From an uncultured Candidatus Binatia bacterium (GTDB lineage: Bacteria; Desulfobacterota; Binatia; UBA9968; CAXXLF01): 64,000 nt of DNA. Under the pieces are notes generated by a model. It saw nothing but the letters and a program-made list of their open reading frames with translations. It made no database searches and was not told the DNA's origin. The first letter of the stretch is position 1. Every line of letters begins with the position of its first letter. The stretch is taken from assembly GCA_965218425.1 (NCBI GenBank), contig OZ244621.1:416001-480000 (forward strand), given 5' to 3'. A program made the translations under genes and the position numbers. Positions 60,271-64,000 of this stretch are shown piece by piece.

Positions 60271-61161
60271 TTAACGTGCGCTTTCGACCGAGAGATTCAT
60301 GCCGCCGATCCCCTCGATTTCCACCTTGAGGATGTCTCCCGGCTTGAGCGCCTCCTGAAATTCGGGGGCGTCGGGGTTACCTGTGGATATAAGATCTCCT
60401 GGGTACAGGGTTCCTACCCGGGAAAGATAGCTCACCAGTTCGGCCACTCCATTGATCATGGCATCGGTCTTGGCGGATTGTTTGAGTTGGTCGTTGACCC
60501 ACAGTTTCATGGACAGCTTGTGTGGATTTGGGATCTCATTCTTGGTGGTGATCCACGGGCCCATGGGGGCGAATGTGTTGAACCCCTTTCGCACGCAGCG
60601 GCTGCCGATAAGATTCTCTCCCGAGCCGTAGCCACGGGCCGTCACATCCAGAAAGATGGTATAACCGAAGACTGCCTCAAAGGCACGCTCCTTTGGGAGA
60701 TCGTGAACCTCTTTTCCGATGATCACTCCCAGTTCGAGCTCCGGAAAGATGGTCTCGGCATTCTTTGGAATAATGATGGCCTGCTCAGGCCCGACGACTG
60801 CTGACGGGGGTTTGAGAAAGATGGCTTCCAGGAGGTGTTCGGGTTTAACGTTTTCTGCAACTCCCCTCCCCTTGGATTCGCCGAGGTCCGAGCTGCCCCT
60901 TTTGTAGTTGCCGGCCGCTGCCCAGAGCTTCGAGGGTTTTTCCACCGGCGCTTTCAACTGCTTTGGATCGATTTTTACGCTTTTGCCCTGACTCATTGCC
61001 TTTCCCAAAGCGCCTTCAACCCGATTGAAATGTGTCAACAGGTCGATCATGGTGGCCCCCTTGGGCAGGACGCCTTCGCGCGCGAGGGCATCACCTATCA
61101 AAACGAATGTGTCGTCCTTTACAACGGCTAGTTCATCCGGTTTCACTGATGCAAACTTCAT
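60271..61161 (-). CDS. Fumarylacetoacetate hydrolase family protein
   Basis: FLKPPS, PELELGVIIG, GYTIFLDVTAR, KGFNTFAPMGP, GDLISTG. Confidence 0.93.
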   Translation of the reverse strand: MKFASVKPDELAVVKDDTFVLIGDALAREGVLPKGATMIDLLTHFNRVEGALGKAMSQGKSVKIDPKQLKAPVEKPSKLWAAAGNYKRGSSDLGESKGRGVAENVKPEHLLEAIFLKPPSAVVGPEQAIIIPKNAETIFPELELGVIIGKEVHDLPKERAFEAVFGYTIFLDVTARGYGSGENLIGSRCVRKGFNTFAPMGPWITTKNEIPNPHKLSMKLWVNDQLKQSAKTDAMINGVAELVSYLSRVGTLYPGDLISTGNPDAPEFQEALKPGDILKVEIEGIGGMNLSVESAR

Positions 61162-61267
61162 GCCTTACTCCTTTTCTTGATAGCGTTGACTATTAAATTC
61201 TTAAAAGAAATTGACTCGCGCAAAGACGCAAAGGGCGCCAAGCTCAGAAAATTTCAAGTATCTTTAA

Positions 61268-62446
61268 TTAATTCTTCTCCTCAGCGTAAACTTTTTCCGC
61301 TGCTGCTTTGGCTTCTTCACCGGAAACTTTGAGACCATAATCGGGAAGGATCCGGCTCAAGCAATCGATCAAATTCACGACGTTCTCTTGCCTGCTCGAC
61401 TCCCCCATCAGGCCGATGCGCCATGTCTTGCCAGCCAGGGGTCCTAAACCACCCCCGATCTCGATACTAAATTCTTGCAGGAGTCTCTTTCGTACCTCGG
61501 CGTCTTTTACCCCATCGGGGACACGGACGCTGTTGAGCATCCACAGGCGATGGCCTTCCTGGGCCGCGAACTCGATCCCCATAGCGCTGAGTCCGGCGGT
61601 TAAAGCCATGTGGTTGATGCGATGGCGGTTGAAGCGGTCTTCCAATCCCTCCTCAATAATCACGGCCAAGGCCTCGTGAAGCGCGTAGTTCATGGAAACG
61701 GGGGCCGTGTGGTGATAGACCCTCTCCTCTCCCCAGTAGCGTCCAATCATGGTCGTGTCGAGGTACCAACTCTTAACCTTGCCGTCGCGACGCTTGATTT
61801 TCTCCTCGCCTGCCCTGCTAAATGAGACCGGCGACAGTCCTGGCGGACAACTGAGACATTTCTGCGTTCCGCTATAGGCGGCATCCACTTGCCACTTATC
61901 CAGTTCAACCGGGCATCCCCCCAAGGAAGTAACCGTGTCGAGGATCAACAACGCCCCATGATCGCGAACGATCTTTGCAATCCCTTCAACGGGTTGCCAG
62001 ACCCCGGTGGAGGTCTCGGCGTGAACCAGACAAACAATCTTGACTTGATTACTTTTGAGGGCATTTTCCACCTGCTCTGAGCGGATGATTTCTCCCCAGG
62101 GAGCCTCCACCCGTGTAAGTGTGCCACCGTAGCGTTCGACGATGTCCGCCATCCGCGTACCGAACACGCCATTTACACACACGAGCACCCCGTCCCCTTC
62201 CTCCATGAGATTCACCAGACAGGTTTCCATACCCGCGCTTCCTGTCCCTGACACAGGAAAGGTCAGTTCATTTTCCGTTTGGAATACCCGCCGGAGCATG
62301 TCTTTGTTGTCCTCCATGACCTTAAAAAATTCAGGATCAAGGTGGCCCACCACCGGGGCTGACAGAGCGCTTAGAACCCGAGGGGCAACATTGCTCGGAC
62401 CTGGTCCAAGGAGAGTTCTTTTTGGAAGATTTAAAGGTGATACCAT
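61268..62446 (-). CDS. Alanine/serine-glyoxylate aminotransferase (class V PLP)
   Basis: LLGPGP, SGTGSAGME, VHAETSTG, DTVTS, SGTQKCL, YHHT, WRIGLMG. Confidence 0.95.
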   Translation of the reverse strand: MVSPLNLPKRTLLGPGPSNVAPRVLSALSAPVVGHLDPEFFKVMEDNKDMLRRVFQTENELTFPVSGTGSAGMETCLVNLMEEGDGVLVCVNGVFGTRMADIVERYGGTLTRVEAPWGEIIRSEQVENALKSNQVKIVCLVHAETSTGVWQPVEGIAKIVRDHGALLILDTVTSLGGCPVELDKWQVDAAYSGTQKCLSCPPGLSPVSFSRAGEEKIKRRDGKVKSWYLDTTMIGRYWGEERVYHHTAPVSMNYALHEALAVIIEEGLEDRFNRHRINHMALTAGLSAMGIEFAAQEGHRLWMLNSVRVPDGVKDAEVRKRLLQEFSIEIGGGLGPLAGKTWRIGLMGESSRQENVVNLIDCLSRILPDYGLKVSGEEAKAAAEKVYAEEKN

Positions 62447-62501
62447 ATGACCCAGATTCTTATGTATCAATATTTGACAGAACGACTTTAACAACGTGTT
62501 T

Positions 62502-62585
62502 CGCGCCAAGACGCTAAACTCGCAAAGAAAGATATTCTTCTACATTCTGAAAACTTGGCGTCCTTTGCGTCTTTGCGGGAGAAAA
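62502..62585. repeat. 9-mer inverted repeat element
   Basis: cgcgccaagacgctaaactcgcaaag ... cttggcgtcctttgcgtctttgcggga; half copy at 61214-61243. Confidence 0.8.
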
Positions 62586-62639
62586 CCTTCTCCCAAACCT
62601 GAAATTTTTACTTCACCTGAGAATGTCAAATAATTTTGC

Positions 62640-63410
62640 TTACGCTTTTTTGAGTCGCAAACGCTCCGCTTCTTCGTAAGGCGCCCGCTGCATTACCGCG
62701 TGAAGGTCCACGGAGGTCAAGGCGCAGTACTCCATGCCGAATGTCGGCCGCTCATGGGCCATGCCCTCTTCCAAAAGGCGCTGCAGGGCCATGCGGTTAA
62801 ACTTGCCGTGACCCATGACTCCTTCCTCGTGCTCTTCCAAGTCGGCTTCATGGTGGGTGGAAAAATAGGTGGCCTGGTCCTTGGTGAATCCATAGTGCTT
62901 CGTCAACGCCTCGAACCAGGAAGCGGCCCAGTGCCCGATGCTCTCCTCCGTTACGATCCCCGCGTACCATTCGGCCGAGGTTCCTTCATAGAGAAGGCTC
63001 CGCATAAAATCGATCTTTGCACGAAACTCCGAGAGCATGGGCCGGTTGAACACCTCCTCTTCAGTCAACCCAAACGCCTTTGCGGTCTCCATCATCACAA
63101 GGAAATGACCCGGTGGCTTCGGATGGATAAACTCGTCGGCGATCTTCTCTCCCATGGGTCCCATGAGGTCCCGGTTCGTCTTAAAGAAGGGCAAAAACTT
63201 GTGGTAAGAGCACGCAATGAGCGTATTGATTTCTATGGTCCAGGCCCCCCAGTTCCTGAAAAAGAGGCGCAGGGTTTCCATGGGGAGTTTTCCGGTCGCC
63301 AGCTGCTGCATAAACGGGGACTCGGCGACCTTTTCCTGCCAGCGGACTCCGGCTTTGCGGTACAGATCATTCACATAGACTTCCGCCTGGTCCTTGTTTA
63401 ACGGTTGCAT
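62640..63410 (-). CDS. Heme-oxygenase-like (TenA/PqqC/CADD superfamily) putative diiron protein
   Basis: PFMQQLATGKL, ADEF..PGH, TEE, YFSTHHEADLEEH ligand pattern. Confidence 0.75.
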   Translation of the reverse strand: MQPLNKDQAEVYVNDLYRKAGVRWQEKVAESPFMQQLATGKLPMETLRLFFRNWGAWTIEINTLIACSYHKFLPFFKTNRDLMGPMGEKIADEFIHPKPPGHFLVMMETAKAFGLTEEEVFNRPMLSEFRAKIDFMRSLLYEGTSAEWYAGIVTEESIGHWAASWFEALTKHYGFTKDQATYFSTHHEADLEEHEEGVMGHGKFNRMALQRLLEEGMAHERPTFGMEYCALTSVDLHAVMQRAPYEEAERLRLKKA

Positions 63411-63451
63411 GTCTCAGTTCCTTTTTTGAAAACCCAGATCTCGTCCACTCG

Positions 63452-64000
63452 TTAAGGATCGACTCTTTCCTCCCGGTAAAGGTTCAAGGATTTTAGCACC
63501 GGTGAGTCGCTCATAGAAAATAGCATAGCCTCCTCCGACGAGGAACGATTCGTGTGGCCATGGGCGTACCACACCGGCACCACGAAGGTGTCACCCTGCT
63601 CCCAACCGAAGCGCTTTTCCCCGATCAAGGTGGTGCCGGCGCCTCGAAAAGCGTGATAGATGACCGTGCTGGTGTGCCGGTGCACTTCCGTTGTTTGCCC
63701 GGGTCGTAGATGCTGGAGGGCGCACTGGACGGTGGGCATGGTGGGGCCATCCGTGGCGGGATTTCGAAATTCCAAAAGGGTACCGTCAAACGGGTCCTGA
63801 CCATCACCCGATTCTAAAAGAGCTCGTAGGGTCTTGTTAGTTTCGTGCCATTTGAAGTGAAAAAACTCTGGGGTCGCGGACGATGTCGGCCTCGCGTAAC
63901 CGTACAGGGGAGCCACCTGTTCACTGCTGTATTTAACGGGCTGTACCGGCTTATCATAAGACTCAAAGACCAGCTGATGCAGCGACCGAACAAGCGGGAA
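63452..64000 (-). CDS. Cupin, gentisate 1,2-dioxygenase-like; 5' end outside the window
   Basis: NPATDGPTMPT, HRHTSTVIYH, GDTFVVPVW..H, FSMSDSP; frame open to the window edge. Confidence 0.88.
   Translation of the reverse strand, partial: FPLVRSLHQLVFESYDKPVQPVKYSSEQVAPLYGYARPTSSATPEFFHFKWHETNKTLRALLESGDGQDPFDGTLLEFRNPATDGPTMPTVQCALQHLRPGQTTEVHRHTSTVIYHAFRGAGTTLIGEKRFGWEQGDTFVVPVWYAHGHTNRSSSEEAMLFSMSDSPVLKSLNLYREERVDP

Overview
A 64 kb bacterial chromosomal window. The gene content (rpoH, nrdJ, mlaEFD, plus amidohydrolase, LLM, UbiD, Rieske and TctC-type genes) resembles a deltaproteobacterial or Ca. Binatia-like organism; this is inference only. Region 1-30.5 kb is housekeeping and metabolic backbone whose intergenic spacers repeatedly carry 7-mer and 9-mer periodic repeats. 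It also has several one-base frameshifts, two apparent in-frame deletions and an IS3-disrupted methyltransferase. Region 30.5-33.7 kb is an IS graveyard (IS1595, IS5, IS630). Region 33.76-58.43 kb is a composite island with no visible integrase at tRNA-Thr(CGT), marked by three copies of the att core. Its cargo is nested IS3 elements, a CDF transporter, a LysR-associated cluster (diiron ferritin-like protein, Xsc-like ThDP enzyme, cyclodeaminase, TctC, TauE, acyl-CoA ligase, hydratase), an integrase-less attC cassette array with nuclease-like genes, and a Rieske/amidohydrolase/UbiD cluster with degenerate active-site motifs. Region 58.5-64 kb holds an IS3 and a cupin/heme-oxygenase-like diiron protein/aminotransferase/FAH cluster. 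All calls come from reading motifs by eye; no searches were run.
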